A program made the translations under genes and the position numbers. Under the pieces are notes generated by a model. The model worked only from the letters and a program-made list of their open reading frames with translations, made no database searches and was not told where the DNA came from. Of a DNA stretch of 64,000 bases, positions 1 through 10,741 are shown piece by piece (within the stretch, counting starts at the first letter, position 1; the number at the start of each line of letters is the position of its first letter). The stretch comes from an uncultured bacterium. GTDB taxonomy: Bacteria > Krumholzibacteriota > Krumholzibacteriia > Krumholzibacteriales > Krumholzibacteriaceae. Location: contig CAWBAN010000001.1 of assembly GCA_963786935.1 (NCBI GenBank), positions 1,345,566-1,409,565 of the forward strand. The letters are read 5' to 3'.

Positions 1-120
1 CCCGGAATCGAGCCATGGGTCCCCCCTTAGATCTATGGTGCTCATCGAAAAATAGCCTACCGGCAATCGCTTCGCAATGGAAAATCAGAAAGGACCGGGG
101 AATACGCGCGTCCCGCGCCG

Positions 121-888
121 CTACGGGCGGCGCCGCGGTTTCGAAAACGAGAGCAGCATCGCTTCGGTCGAAGTCTCGCGCGGGCGGGACGACGCGGGAG
201 CGCCTGCGCTCTCCGTGCGGCTCTTCTTCTCGACCGCGCTTCTCACGAGACCCCAGAGAGGAACGTCGCGGGAGATCCAGAGCCGGCTGCGCTCCTCCTC
301 GACCCGCCGCGCCGCCGTTCCGCCGAGATCCACGGTCTTCGTTTCGTTCCGCCAATACTCGGCCCCCTCGCACGCGAACGTCCCGGCCGGCACGGAGACG
401 CGCGCGGAGCCGAGCGGAGCGCGCGCGAACCGGTCGCCCGGACGGAGAAAGATCGATTCGATGTCCAGACGATCGAGCTCCTGCGCCGTCGGCGCACGGA
501 ACGCGCCGGTTCCCTCCTTGACGGCGACGTCGAGCAGGCAGGACCGGACCGCCTCGGGCGACGTCGCGGACATCACGCGCTCCGCGATCCGGAGCCGGAT
601 CGTGACGCTCTCCTTCTTCGAGCGCGGATAGGGGGACGTGACGACCTCGAGACGGAACGCCCCTCCCTTCCGGTCGAGAACGCGGAGCTCGACGTAGGAC
701 GAGTCGGCGGCGCCGAACGATTTCGAAACGACGAGATAGGAAACGCGGGCTCCCGGCTCGATGGAAAGGGCTTCGAGCGACATTCCCGGAACGAGAAAAT
801 CGACGCCGGCGGCGCGGGCGGCGGACGGCGCGAGCGCGGCGGCGGCCGCGACGACGATCGAAACGACGATATGCCGTATGCGGCTCAT
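121..888 (-). CDS. hypothetical secreted protein (N-terminal signal peptide MSRIRHIVVSIVVAAAAALAPSAARAAG); C-terminal ~40 aa look low-complexity, end uncertain
   Basis: Internal ATG at 886-888 of ORF 121..1239 is followed by a classical signal peptide; no recognisable catalytic motif. Confidence 0.45.
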   Translation of the reverse strand: MSRIRHIVVSIVVAAAAALAPSAARAAGVDFLVPGMSLEALSIEPGARVSYLVVSKSFGAADSSYVELRVLDRKGGAFRLEVVTSPYPRSKKESVTIRLRIAERVMSATSPEAVRSCLLDVAVKEGTGAFRAPTAQELDRLDIESIFLRPGDRFARAPLGSARVSVPAGTFACEGAEYWRNETKTVDLGGTAARRVEEERSRLWISRDVPLWGLVRSAVEKKSRTESAGAPASSRPRETSTEAMLLSFSKPRRRP

Positions 889-2300
889 AGGCCGTCCGCG
901 CGTCCGCAGTGAGGAACGCGGCTCCAGTACAGCTGATAATCGAAATCGGGGCTCCATTTCGACGTATGACACGTTCTGCACGACTGGCGCGCCGCGGACG
1001 CATAGGAGCCGTCCCGGGAATGCGCCGTGCCGGGACCGTGGCACGACTCGCACTGAACGCCGAGAAGATACGGAGCGCCCTCCTTCTCCGCGGCCGGATC
1101 GTATCCGCCCGGCCTCCGGTACCCGGTCGTGTGGCATGCGAGGCATTCCGGATTGGATTCCTGCCCGCGCTGGCGCAGCGTTTCGAAAGCGCGGAAATGC
1201 CTGCCGCCGACGAATCGGGGCATGAGATCGGCGTGGCATCGCCTGCAGATGTCCATGCCGAGATACCGATCGACGATCCTGCCCGTCGAGGCGTCGCGCG
1301 AGAGCGCCCGGCTGACCTGCAGCTCCCGCTGCTTCATCCGCTCCTCGGAACGGTACGCGGCGAGATCCCGCGCCGCGGCGGAATCGTCCGGCACGCTCGC
1401 GTCGAGACGGATCAGCGCGCTCTCCATGACTGCGGGGCCCTTCCCCCCGACGCCGGCGATGGTGACGAGCCCGAGATTCCTCCCGCGCTCCCCCGAGAAG
1501 AACACGGGAACGCCGCCGGGCTCGGACGCCGCCGACAGCGTATCGACGCAGCTCTCGCGCTCCCGTTCCCCCTCGCCGCCGTGCCCCCGGATGACGACGT
1601 CGATTCCCTCGAGCGACGGGAGAATCTCATGCAGCTTCTCCCGCCGCATATGGGCGAGCAGCACGACACAGTCGCACTGCCGGCGAAGCGCCGCGAGCGC
1701 CTCCCGCCCCTCGAGCGCCGGGTCGCGGACCTCGACGCCGTCGATATCGCGCGGCGCCTCGCCGAGGAGCGCCATGACGCCTACCGTGGCCCCGCCGACG
1801 CGCCTGATGACGAACGGCGGAAACATGCGCGCGCCGTTTTCGTAGAGATTCGCGCAGACGATCGGAAGCCCCGCCTCCGCGTGCGATTTGAGCGCGCGGG
1901 TTCCGTAGTTCAGATCCCGCTCGCCGACGGCCGCGGCGCCGAAGCCCGCGTCGATCATCGTGCGGACGAGAAACCGGGTCCGGTACATCTCGATGATGCC
2001 CGTTTCCCCAGAATAATCCCCCGCCGAGAGCAGGAGAAGCTGTGGATCGAGATTCCGGCGCTCCTTGATCGCGGTGGCCCGCCGGGCCACCCCGCCCGTG
2101 GCGTGGTCCCCTCAGCCGGCGGGAACGATCCAGCCCCGCTCGTCCCCGGCGAAAAGAATCGTCAGCGACGACTCCTCGCGGCAACCCGCGGCGAGCGCGA
2201 CGACGGCGGCCAGAACGAACAACATGATTCGCTTCATGGTTGAACTATAAATGGAAAGGGCAAAGAAAGCGAGCTTCCTTTGCCCCGGATCATTAGCCAT
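885..2300 (-). CDS. lipoprotein with 5'-nucleotidase/calcineurin-like metallophosphoesterase domain fused to C-terminal tetraheme cytochrome c domain; interrupted by in-frame TGA at 2112-2114
   Basis: ORFs 2112..2300 and 885..2090 are in the same frame, separated only by one TGA. The N-terminal piece carries the lipobox signal MKRIMLFVLAAVVALAAGC and SLTILFAGD. The body has GDYSGETG...GERDLNYG...IVCANLYENG...VVIRGHGGEG, a 5'-NT-like pattern with a degenerate GNHE. The C-terminus has four CxxCH motifs (CRRCH, CLACH, CESCHGPG..H, CRTCH), typical of paired-CXXCH multiheme cytochromes. Confidence 0.55.
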
Positions 2301-2301
2301 C

Positions 2302-2595
2302 CTACTTCGCGATGCGGGCCTTGAGCGCCTTGCCGGCCGCGAACGCGGGAAACTTCGTCGCCGGAATCGAAATCGCTTCGCCGGTCTGCGGATTGCGTCC
2401 CATGCGTTTCTTTCTCCTGCGGGTCATGAAGGTGCCGAAGCCGGTAATCTGGACCTTCCTCCCGGCCGCGAGCTCTCCGGCGAGAATGCCGTCCTTGAGA
2501 GAGGTGCTGAATATCGCCTCGACGACGCCCCGCGAATCTTTCAGAGTGAGTCCGGTCTTCTTCGCTACCTTGTCGATCAATTCGGTCTTGTTCAT
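2302..2595 (-). CDS. hup: HU family DNA-binding protein
   Basis: [11 protein letters not shown]...GFGTF...RNPQTGE signature of HU/IHF fold; SD AGGAGGTG upstream. Confidence 0.9.
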   Translation of the reverse strand: MNKTELIDKVAKKTGLTLKDSRGVVEAIFSTSLKDGILAGELAAGRKVQITGFGTFMTRRRKKRMGRNPQTGEAISIPATKFPAFAAGKALKARIAK

Positions 2596-2756
2596 GGTTC
2601 ACCTCCTTCGTGTTGTGAGTGGATTCAGCGCTACCGTACGCCCCGTTCCCCGCGTTGTCAACATTTTTGTCGCGGTTTCCCGGCGCGGATACGGCGTATT
2701 CGGGGCATCGCCGAAAGCGCCGCGGGCGGGCCGCGTCGTTCGGCGCGCCGCCGCCG

Positions 2757-5700
2757 CTAGTAGCCGCTGTAGGAGGACTGGATTCCGCGCGTCCCGCGCT
2801 CGTACTTGATCTCGGGATGCGCTTTGATCCTGATTTCGAAGTAGTACCGCCAATCGCTCCCGGTTCTCTCGTGGACGAAGCTCGCGCTCCAGCAATGGAG
2901 GTCGCGCTCGAGCTGATACCGCTGCTGCGTGAAATCGCGCTCCTCGATGTTGTAATAGCCGTTGACGGTGAGCTTCCACCCGCGGGAGAGCTGCGCGGCC
3001 CCCGTGTACCTGAGATTGCTCTGCATCGTCCGCGGCGAGTTCTCGCTCCACGCCTCGCTCAGGTTGTATCCGACGCTGAGCGACCAGCCCGGCGATCCGC
3101 TCCCGCCGGACGGAATGAGGTCGGGGGACGGCGGCGGCGCGCCGCTCTTTTCGCCCTCGAGGGACGGCGCGATCCGCTCCCGCTCGGGCAACGCCCACAC
3201 GGCCGGGTAGGTCAGGGAGCCCCGCAGGGAGAAGTTGAAATTCATGCCGAAATCGTGCGACAGCATCTTGCCGCGGTACGGCGAGTACCTGCTGTTGAGG
3301 TTGAACGACATTAGATTGCCGATACGGAGCTGCGACCTGCTCGAGATATCCGAGAACGCCGTGCTCGCGGGGAGCTCGGGATTGTAGCTTCCGGAGACGT
3401 ACCAGGCGAGGACGTCGCTCGATTTCGTCTCTTTCCCGCCTCTCTTGAGCTTGAGATCGATCGAGTTGTCGACTCCCCACTGAAACGACTGGGACCGCCG
3501 CTGGTCATCGCTCAACTTCGGCGAGATGCCGTAGCGCACGCTCGGCGTCAACGTGTGGCGGAGGCCGACGAGCGACCCGATGCGCGGGTAGAAGGTCCCG
3601 TAGACCTTCGTGCTCATATCGGCGCCGAGGTTCATGGTGAACTCGTTCGTTTCCCGGGGACGGCTGGCCGGGCCGTAGAAGCTTTCGTAACCTTCGTTGA
3701 TCTTGTACGTGAGCAGCTTCGCGTACGCCCAGCCCATGTTGACGCTCGGATTGATCCCGAGGAATCCGAGGCGCACCTGCCGGTTGAATCCCATGCCGTA
3801 GCCGCTCGTCACCCGCGAGTAGCTGCGCGCCATGCTCTCCTCGCTCGTCACGGTCGCCGCTACCTTCGGCGTGAACAACACGCTCCCGAGGCCGCGCTCC
3901 CAGAGGCCCTGCGTCCCCGCCGCGTGCCGCTCGCCGAACCAGAGGGACCGCTGGGGAAAATTGAGCGAGAACGACGGCAGCGTCATCGAGACGCGGGGCT
4001 CCGTCGGGATGGTCACGTTGAGCTTCTGGTCGCGGGTCCCCGAGAGGCTGAGACTCGTCCCGTTCCAGCTTTTCCGGTAGCTGGCGGTCGAGTACACGCG
4101 CCGGTCGATGAACCGCGTGAGATCCTGCGCCTGGTCGACCGCCGATTGGGCCTGATCGCTGCTCACGAACTTGAGGTTGCTGGTGAGGCTCGCCGACGGC
4201 GAGAAGGTCTGATTGTGTCTCGACTCGAATATCCATTCGTTCGACGTGACGTACTTGCTCTGCGTGCCGCCGAACTGCCGCACGTAATCGAGCCGCGCCT
4301 CCCCGTCCAGCATATAGCGGATCGCGTAGTTGTTCACGAGGTGGAACCGGAGGCTCCGCCGTTCGTTGAAATCCCCCGTCAGGAGGAAGTCGGTGTATTC
4401 GTTCGTCGCCCAGTAGTAGCCGAGGCCCTGGACGAACCTCCCCTCGCGGCTCCCGAATCCGATGTCGACGTTCGGCTTGAGGAACCCCGAGGCGCGCGTG
4501 TGGCGGAGCGAGTTGACCATGAAGGGGAGGAAGAAGACCGGCATCTCCCCGATGTGGAGAAAGATCGGCCCCGTCACGATCTTGTCGTCGATGTACACCT
4601 TCATCCTGTTCGCGTGGAACGAGTAATGGGGATTGGTGTAATCGCACGTCGTGTAGGTCGAGTTGTAGACCTTGAGCACGTCCTCGCCGACCTTGAATAT
4701 GTGCTCCCCCTGATAGTATCCCTCGCCGTACTTCGTCGAGCCTTCGACGATCACGCCCCCCTCGGAATCGAGATCGTATCCCATGTCGTCGCCGAACATC
4801 TTCTGATCCTTCTCCTCGAGCACGGGAGCCCCCGTCGCCTCGAGCAGGTTGAGGCGCGAGTTGTAGTCGATCCGCTTGGCCGTCAGGCTCGAGTTCTGGT
4901 ACTTGAGATAGGCGCGGCCGTTGAGGAGAACGTTCTCGGTCGGCGCGAAGTACTCGATCCGGTCGGCGTTGTACTGGACGCGCTGGTTCGACTTCTCGAA
5001 GCTCTTGTACGTGAGCGAGCTGTCGATGGAGGCGGCGAGGCTGTCGATCGTCTCCTGCCGCGAGAGGTTGACGTACTTGTAGAGGCCGGTGGACGCCCCC
5101 GATATCTTGATGTAATCGAGCTCCCCCTCACGGAAGACGAAGAACATCCGGTCTCCGGTCGAGAAGTTGTTCGAGACCTTGGTCGAATCCCCCTCGATCG
5201 GGTAGTACATCGACTTCGCGTTCTTCTGGATGAGGACGGAATCGACGCGCTCGTTCGAGAGGTAGATGGCGATCGAGTCCCCCTCGATCCACGAGTCCTC
5301 CGTCCAGGGAGAACCCGGCCTCGGGGCGTCGGCGAGGCGGCCGGTTTCGGGGAGCACGATGCGCTCCACCTCGTCCTCGTTGTACCAGAGCAGCATCCGC
5401 TTGCCGCTCATGGACGAGGAGCCGTTCCGCGCCCGCGGATTGCCAGTGAGCTCCGCACGCTGCTCCGCGTCCCGGATGACGGCGGAATCGCAGCTCGCCC
5501 TCGTCTCTCCCTTCGCGATCTGCACGTCCCCCTCGGCGACGCCGATCTTCCGGTCGACGTCGAAGCGCATGATACGGCTCGTGACCGTCCCCCGCTCCTC
5601 CGATTTCAGGTCGAAGGTGAGAATGGGGCGATCGTCAACGACCGCTTCCTTCCCGATCCGGTCGAAGCGGGCGTGCCTGCCCGCGAGCGAATAGTCGTCG

Positions 5701-6271
5701 ACGTCGTCGATGATCACGACCTTGCCGGTGGCGTCCGCCGTCTCGCGGTCGCGGTTGTAGACGACCGTGTCGGCGTACATCGTGCGGGTGCTGTCCTGCG
5801 CGTTCACGTTGCCGGTCAGCACGGCGATCCGCCGGTCCCGGTCGTATTTCGCGCGGTCGCAGCGGGCCTTCCATCCGCGATCCGAGAATCGCACGCGGCC
5901 GACGAGCTCGAGCGTGTTCGTCAGGCCGAAATACTCGCCGACGTCGCTCGTCATCACCGCCGACCCGTCGATGACACGGACGCTGTCGTAGAGCACGATG
6001 TAGCGACGGAGGGGATAGTGCTTTCCGCGGGCGCTCGTCACCGTCGTCGTGGCGTGATCGATCCGAACGCCCCCCTCGAGGTATACGACGCGCTCCCCCC
6101 CTCGAAGCTCGACCGGAGCCGGGACGACGTCACGCGGTAGACGGCCGAGTCGGATGCCGCCTGCGCGATCTGTTCGCCCGGCCGCGGCGGCTCCTGGGAA
6201 TCCGCGCGCGGCGGCCCGGCGGCCCCGAGGAGACCGAGAGCGGCGAGCACGACGAATGCAGACTGCTTCAT
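2757..6271 (-). CDS. lptD: LPS-assembly outer membrane protein LptD (OstA-like N-terminal domain + large beta-barrel); apparent frameshift in N-terminal region
   Basis: The 1094-aa ORF has an OstA-like N-terminus (VLTGNVNAQDSTRTMYADTVVY) and a long beta-barrel-type C-terminus ending in an aromatic residue. The signal peptide MKQSAFVVLAALGLLGAAGP sits in ORF 6038..6373 in a different frame. The frames join at the C7 run at 6095-6101, and the body frame stays open up to 6311 with no start codon. Confidence 0.75.
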
Positions 6272-6311
6272 GGCGATCCTGTAGGCCGCGGGCTGCGCGC
6301 CCGCGCCGCTT

Positions 6312-7289
6312 TCACGCGCGACGCGCCGGTCGCCGGCGGCCGCGCAATCCGCCGAGCGCGAGGAGCGAGACACCGATGAACGATGCGCTGTTCCCGAGCT
6401 CGGCGGGCACGATCCGCACCGAGGCCATCGCCTCGTCCATCACGCAGCTCCGCACCGTCGCGCGGGCCGGCTCGAGAATCGAATCCCCCGCGCCCGCTAC
6501 CCCGCCGCCGATCGCGATCGCCTCGGGCGCCAGTATGTGGACGACGTTCGTGAGCGCGATGCCGAGGTACCGTCCCGTTTCCTCGAGCGCCGCCGCGGCG
6601 ACCGCGTCCCCGGCGGCCGCGGCGCGCGAAATCGCCTCGACCGTCGGCGGATCGCCCCAGGGGGCGCCCGCTCCGCCGCCCGCACGGAGCATGCCGACCG
6701 CCCGATCGACGATCGCCTTCGCGCCGATGATCGCCTCGAGGCATCCGCGATTCCCGCATGCGCAGGGTGGCCCGTCGGCGATGATGACCGCGTGACCGAT
6801 TTCCCCCGCGAATCCCGACGAACCCCGATAGAGCGCCCCGTCGATGACGATGCCGCCGCCGACGCCGGTCCCGAGGGTGAGGCACACGAACGTTCCGAGC
6901 CCGCGCCCCGCCCCCCGCGCCCACTCCCCGTACGCCGCGGCGTTCGCGTCGTTCTCGATGACGGCCGGAACGCCGAGGGCGCGTTCGAAGATGTCCCGAA
7001 GCGGCACGTTCTTCCAGCCCGCCAGATTGGGCGATACGTGCAGGAACCCGCGCTCGCCGTCGATGAGCCCGGCGCAGTCGACCCCCGCCGCGACGACCGC
7101 TCCGGCGCCCCGGCCGTTGTCCGCCAGCCACGCGCGCACGCGCGACGCGGCCGCCACGGGACCTTCGACCGCCCTGGTCGGTATCTTTCCCGATTCCCGG
7201 ATCGAGCCGTCCCGATCGACGAGCCCCAGCTTGATATCCGTTCCGCCGATATCGACGCCGAGAACGAGATCCATGGATATTCCTTTCAT
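6312..7289 (-). CDS. ROK family sugar kinase (glucokinase/N-acetylglucosamine kinase-like)
   Basis: LGVDIGGTDIKLGLV, ENDANAAAYGE and the CACGNRGCLE zinc motif; ATG at 7287-7289 overlaps the folC stop (TGATG); alternative start MDLV at 7274. Confidence 0.8.
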   Translation of the reverse strand: MKGISMDLVLGVDIGGTDIKLGLVDRDGSIRESGKIPTRAVEGPVAAASRVRAWLADNGRGAGAVVAAGVDCAGLIDGERGFLHVSPNLAGWKNVPLRDIFERALGVPAVIENDANAAAYGEWARGAGRGLGTFVCLTLGTGVGGGIVIDGALYRGSSGFAGEIGHAVIIADGPPCACGNRGCLEAIIGAKAIVDRAVGMLRAGGGAGAPWGDPPTVEAISRAAAAGDAVAAAALEETGRYLGIALTNVVHILAPEAIAIGGGVAGAGDSILEPARATVRSCVMDEAMASVRIVPAELGNSASFIGVSLLALGGLRGRRRPARRA

Positions 7290-8614
7290 CAGAGAAACCG
7301 GGCCGCTTCTTCCACCGTGACGTGCGACCCCAGGATGACGATCGTGTCGGACGGCGCGGCGCACGAGCGCGCCGTGCGGATCGCTTCCCCGATCCCGCGC
7401 GCCACGCGGACGGACGCCGCCCGTCCCCGGGTCGATCTGCGCGCCGCTCTGAATATTCCGCCGAGCCGCTCCCCCGGCGCGCTCCGGTCGTCTCCGAGCG
7501 GCGCGACGATGACCGAGCGGGCCGCCGCCACGGCGCGCGCGGGAAAGGCGCCGAGCTCCTTGTGCGCGAGCACCGAGAAGACGAGCGTCGTGCGTTCGGG
7601 GGACGACACCCGCCGGACGGTGTCGAGCGAAGCGAGGAGCGATTCCTCGTTGTGCGCGACGTCGAGAACGATGCGGGGGCGTTCGGCGACCGTCTGGAAC
7701 CTCCCCGCGAGGAACGCGGCGGCCACGCCGCGCCGGAACGTCGCCGCCCCGGCCCGCCTCAGCACGCCCGCGTCCTCGAGCATCTCGAGCGCGCGGATCG
7801 CCGTCGCCACGTTTCGCGCCTGCGCTCGTCCGATCATTCGCGTTTCGAGCGCTCCATAATCGCGCCGCGGCGTGCGGACGCGCACGATCATGCGGGACGC
7901 GGAGCAATCAGCGATGGAGTGCTCGACTTCGTCCGGCACCGAATGGAACGGAGCCCCCGCCGCCGCGCAGTGCGCCGCGGCCTGCGCAATGAGCGGGCGC
8001 GGGACAAGGTTCGCCACGAGCGGGACGCCCGCCCGGACGACGCCGAGCTTCTCGGCGAGGATCGTCCGCTTCGTGCGCCCGAGATGTTCCCGGTGATCGT
8101 GCGAGATGCCGGTGATCGCCGTGACCGCCGCGTTCACGAGATTCGTCGCGTCGAGCCGCCCGCCGAGCCCGACCTCGAACACGGCCGCGTCGACGCGCCG
8201 CTCGAGAAAATACCGGGCCGCGGCGGCGGTGAGACATTCGAAGTAGGTCAGGGGAATCTCCCGCGCCTCCGCGCGCACGCCGCCGATGAGCCGGTCGAGC
8301 GCGCGCGAGGAAATCTCCTCGCCGTCGAGGCGGATTCGCTCGTGCGGCCGGAAGATGTGGGGAGAATAGAACGTCCCGACGCGGAGCCCCGCCACGCGCA
8401 GGACGGACGTGACGTACGTCGTCACGGAGCCCTTGCCGTTCGTGCCGGCGACGAGGACCGCCGGATAGCGACGCTGCGGATCACCCATCCGCCCGAGGAG
8501 CGCGGCGATGTTCTCGAGGCTCAAATTCATCCGGGACGGCTTCATCGCGGCGAGCCGCGCGACGTTTCGAAACGGCGCATACCCTTCCCCGGGAACGGAT
8601 CCGTGCGCGGACAT
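7289..8614 (-). CDS. folC: bifunctional folylpolyglutamate synthase / dihydrofolate synthase
   Basis: VAGTNGKGS P-loop, ITGISHDH and Mur-ligase family layout; start may be one of the internal Met codons. Confidence 0.8.
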   Translation of the reverse strand: MSAHGSVPGEGYAPFRNVARLAAMKPSRMNLSLENIAALLGRMGDPQRRYPAVLVAGTNGKGSVTTYVTSVLRVAGLRVGTFYSPHIFRPHERIRLDGEEISSRALDRLIGGVRAEAREIPLTYFECLTAAAARYFLERRVDAAVFEVGLGGRLDATNLVNAAVTAITGISHDHREHLGRTKRTILAEKLGVVRAGVPLVANLVPRPLIAQAAAHCAAAGAPFHSVPDEVEHSIADCSASRMIVRVRTPRRDYGALETRMIGRAQARNVATAIRALEMLEDAGVLRRAGAATFRRGVAAAFLAGRFQTVAERPRIVLDVAHNEESLLASLDTVRRVSSPERTTLVFSVLAHKELGAFPARAVAAARSVIVAPLGDDRSAPGERLGGIFRAARRSTRGRAASVRVARGIGEAIRTARSCAAPSDTIVILGSHVTVEEAARFL

Positions 8615-8752
8615 GATCGTGCCCTCTTCCTCGGCGTTCGCTGCGGTCGCGGCCTCGCATTCGGGAGCGGCCGCTCAACTCCCTGAAAATCAGCGCGATG
8701 GTACCAATTCCTCGGGGAAGCAAAAAGAGCTTTTTTCGACGCGATCGCGCCG

Positions 8753-9589
8753 CTACGCGCCTTCGGGCCGCCGGAGAAACGCGGCGATGAGCGCGCCGAG
8801 CGAACGGGCGCCGGCCTCGCCGCCGGCGAGAACGTCCTCATGATCGGTTCGCCCGCCCGAGAGGGCGGCGGTGTCGTTCGTGATCCAGCTCAGGCAGGCG
8901 GCCTCGATTCGCAGGCGCCGGGCCGCGATCAGCTCGGGAAGCGACGACATCGACGCCGCATGAGCGCCCATGAACGCCGCCACCCGGGCTTCCGCCGCCG
9001 TTTCGTAGGTCGGCCCGCCCGTCCAGCAGAGGATTCCCTTCGCGAGCGGCACGCGCGCCTCGAGCGCCGCCCGTTCCAGCGCGGCCGAGAAGCCCGCCGA
9101 AACGAGGGATATCCCGCCGCTCCGCCCGGCCGGCCCGGGGAGGCCGCCGGGGGGCTCGCGGCCGAGGACGGCCCGCCCCCCCGAGGGAACGGCGACCACG
9201 TCGGTCGCGAGCATCCACGAACGCGTCCGCACCCGCCCCGAGAGGCTGCCCGCCGCGTTCGTCACGATGATGCGCGAGCAGCCCGCGCGCTTCGCGAGCG
9301 AGACGGGAGCGGCGAGCGTGTCCGCCCCCGCCCCTTCGTACGCGTGGAATCTCCCCGCGAAGAAGAGCACGGTCGAGCCCGCGAAGCGGCACAGCGACGC
9401 GAAGCCGGGATGCCCTTCGACGGACGTCCGCCCGAATCCGGGGATGCTTCCGTAGGGAACGCGGGCGAGCGATTCGACGCCGTCGAGGAGCTTCGAGAGA
9501 CCGCTCCCCAGAACGACGGCGCAGGAGGCCGCGCCGCGCATCTCGCGCAGCCGCTCAGCCGCCGAACCGGTATTCCATGATGATCGCAT
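8753..9589 (-). CDS. punA: purine nucleoside phosphorylase (trimeric PNP/PunA/MTAP family)
   Basis: VVLGSGLS...GHPGF...GRFHAYEG motifs. Confidence 0.8.
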   Translation of the reverse strand: MRSSWNTGSAAERLREMRGAASCAVVLGSGLSKLLDGVESLARVPYGSIPGFGRTSVEGHPGFASLCRFAGSTVLFFAGRFHAYEGAGADTLAAPVSLAKRAGCSRIIVTNAAGSLSGRVRTRSWMLATDVVAVPSGGRAVLGREPPGGLPGPAGRSGGISLVSAGFSAALERAALEARVPLAKGILCWTGGPTYETAAEARVAAFMGAHAASMSSLPELIAARRLRIEAACLSWITNDTAALSGGRTDHEDVLAGGEAGARSLGALIAAFLRRPEGA

Positions 9590-10007
9590 CTTCGTCCGTA
9601 TCGCTGTAGTACCGGCGCCGCGTGCCGACGTCGACGAATCCGTGCTTCCGGTAGAAGGCGCGCGCCGCCGCGTTCCCCTCGCGCACCTCGAGTATCACGC
9701 GGGCGGCCTCACGAAACCTTCCGCGCTCCATGACCGCCCCGAGCATCGCGCTCCCGAGACCGCTCCGGCGACGCGCGGGATCGACGGCGATGCTGAGCAG
9801 GTGGAGCTCGTCGCACGCCGCCCACGCGGCCGCGTAGCCGGCGACGGCGCCGTCGGCGACGAGCACGAGATTGATCGCCTGATCCTTGAACCTGATCTGG
9901 GACCTGAACATCCCCTCGGTCCACGGCGTCACGAAGCTCGCGCGTTCGATCTCCATGACGGGCGCGATGTCATCCGCGGCCATTTCGCGGATCTCCGGCG
10001 CGGTCAC
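9555..10007 (-). CDS. rimI: ribosomal-protein-alanine N-acetyltransferase (GNAT)
   Basis: GNAT core (ERASFVTPW...LHLLSIAVDPARRRSGLGSAML...FYRKHGF); GTG at 10005-10007 with SD GGGGGAGG, overlapping the tsaB stop (GTGA). Confidence 0.75.
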   Translation of the reverse strand: MTAPEIREMAADDIAPVMEIERASFVTPWTEGMFRSQIRFKDQAINLVLVADGAVAGYAAAWAACDELHLLSIAVDPARRRSGLGSAMLGAVMERGRFREAARVILEVREGNAAARAFYRKHGFVDVGTRRRYYSDTDEDAIIMEYRFGG

Positions 10008-10741
10008 GGCGGGCCTCCCCCGGATTTCCGGAGACGCGCGGTGTCGGGGAGGCGCGCGTCCGGCGGGCGGATGTAGAGCGGCTCGAGCGAAAAGAGCTCG
10101 CGGTACGGGATCGGCTCCCGTTCGAGCGCGAGCAGCGCGCACAGAGACGCCGAGGGCACCGCCCACCGCGCGGCCGCGAATCGGCTGCCGCGGGGAACGA
10201 TCGCCTCGAGCTCCGCCCGGTAGCGGAGCGCGCCGGTGCCGCACACGACGAGGGGGCGCGCCGCCGCGTGCCGTTCGAGGATGCCCCCGACCGCTTCCGG
10301 TTTCGCCGAGAACAGCGGCACGGTTTCACGCGGCGCGCCGGACGCCGTTTCGTAGAGCGCGCCGTACACCTCGCCGCGGCGGGCGTCGATGAGCGTGAGC
10401 ACGGGATCGGCCGCGTACGGGAACGCCGCGGCGAGCACCGCGCAGCTCTCGACGGGAACGACGGGAGCGCGGCGCACCGCCGCGAACGCCTTCACCGTCG
10501 CGAGCGCGATCCGCAGCCCCGTGAAACTGCCCGGGCCGCTCACGACCGCGAAGAGATCGACGTCGGCGAGCGCGATCTTCGCCGCGGAAATGCACGCGTC
10601 GACCCCCGGCAGCAGCGTCGCCGAATGCGTGTCGCTCGCGTCGAAGAGTATCTCCGCGAGCACTTCCTCGCCGCGGCACACCGCCGCGCTTCCGCGCCGG
10701 TGAGACGCGTCAAGCGCGAGCACGACCGGCGCCGTTTTCAC
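10004..10741 (-). CDS. tsaB: tRNA threonylcarbamoyladenosine biosynthesis protein TsaB (YeaZ)
   Basis: VLALDASHRRGSAAV...VVSGPGSFTGLRIALATVKAFA; GTG start overlaps the tsaE stop. Confidence 0.8.
   Translation of the reverse strand: MKTAPVVLALDASHRRGSAAVCRGEEVLAEILFDASDTHSATLLPGVDACISAAKIALADVDLFAVVSGPGSFTGLRIALATVKAFAAVRRAPVVPVESCAVLAAAFPYAADPVLTLIDARRGEVYGALYETASGAPRETVPLFSAKPEAVGGILERHAAARPLVVCGTGALRYRAELEAIVPRGSRFAAARWAVPSASLCALLALEREPIPYRELFSLEPLYIRPPDARLPDTARLRKSGGGPP

Noticed and set aside
2112-2114. In-frame TGA as selenocysteine
   Set aside because: Not rejected outright, but there is no CxxU/UxxC redox context, no obvious SECIS-like hairpin immediately downstream, and the assembly shows many other small errors; kept as a low-probability alternative.
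909-2243. Long plus-strand ORF (444 aa) antisense to the cytochrome/phosphoesterase gene
   Set aside because: Arg/Ala/Pro-rich, no motifs, fully overlaps a conserved gene on the other strand; a typical high-GC antisense artefact.
3555-6140. 861-aa plus-strand ORF antisense to lptD
   Set aside because: Low-complexity Arg/Val/Glu composition mirrors the lptD codons; no domain; stop-codon depletion expected at ~70% GC.
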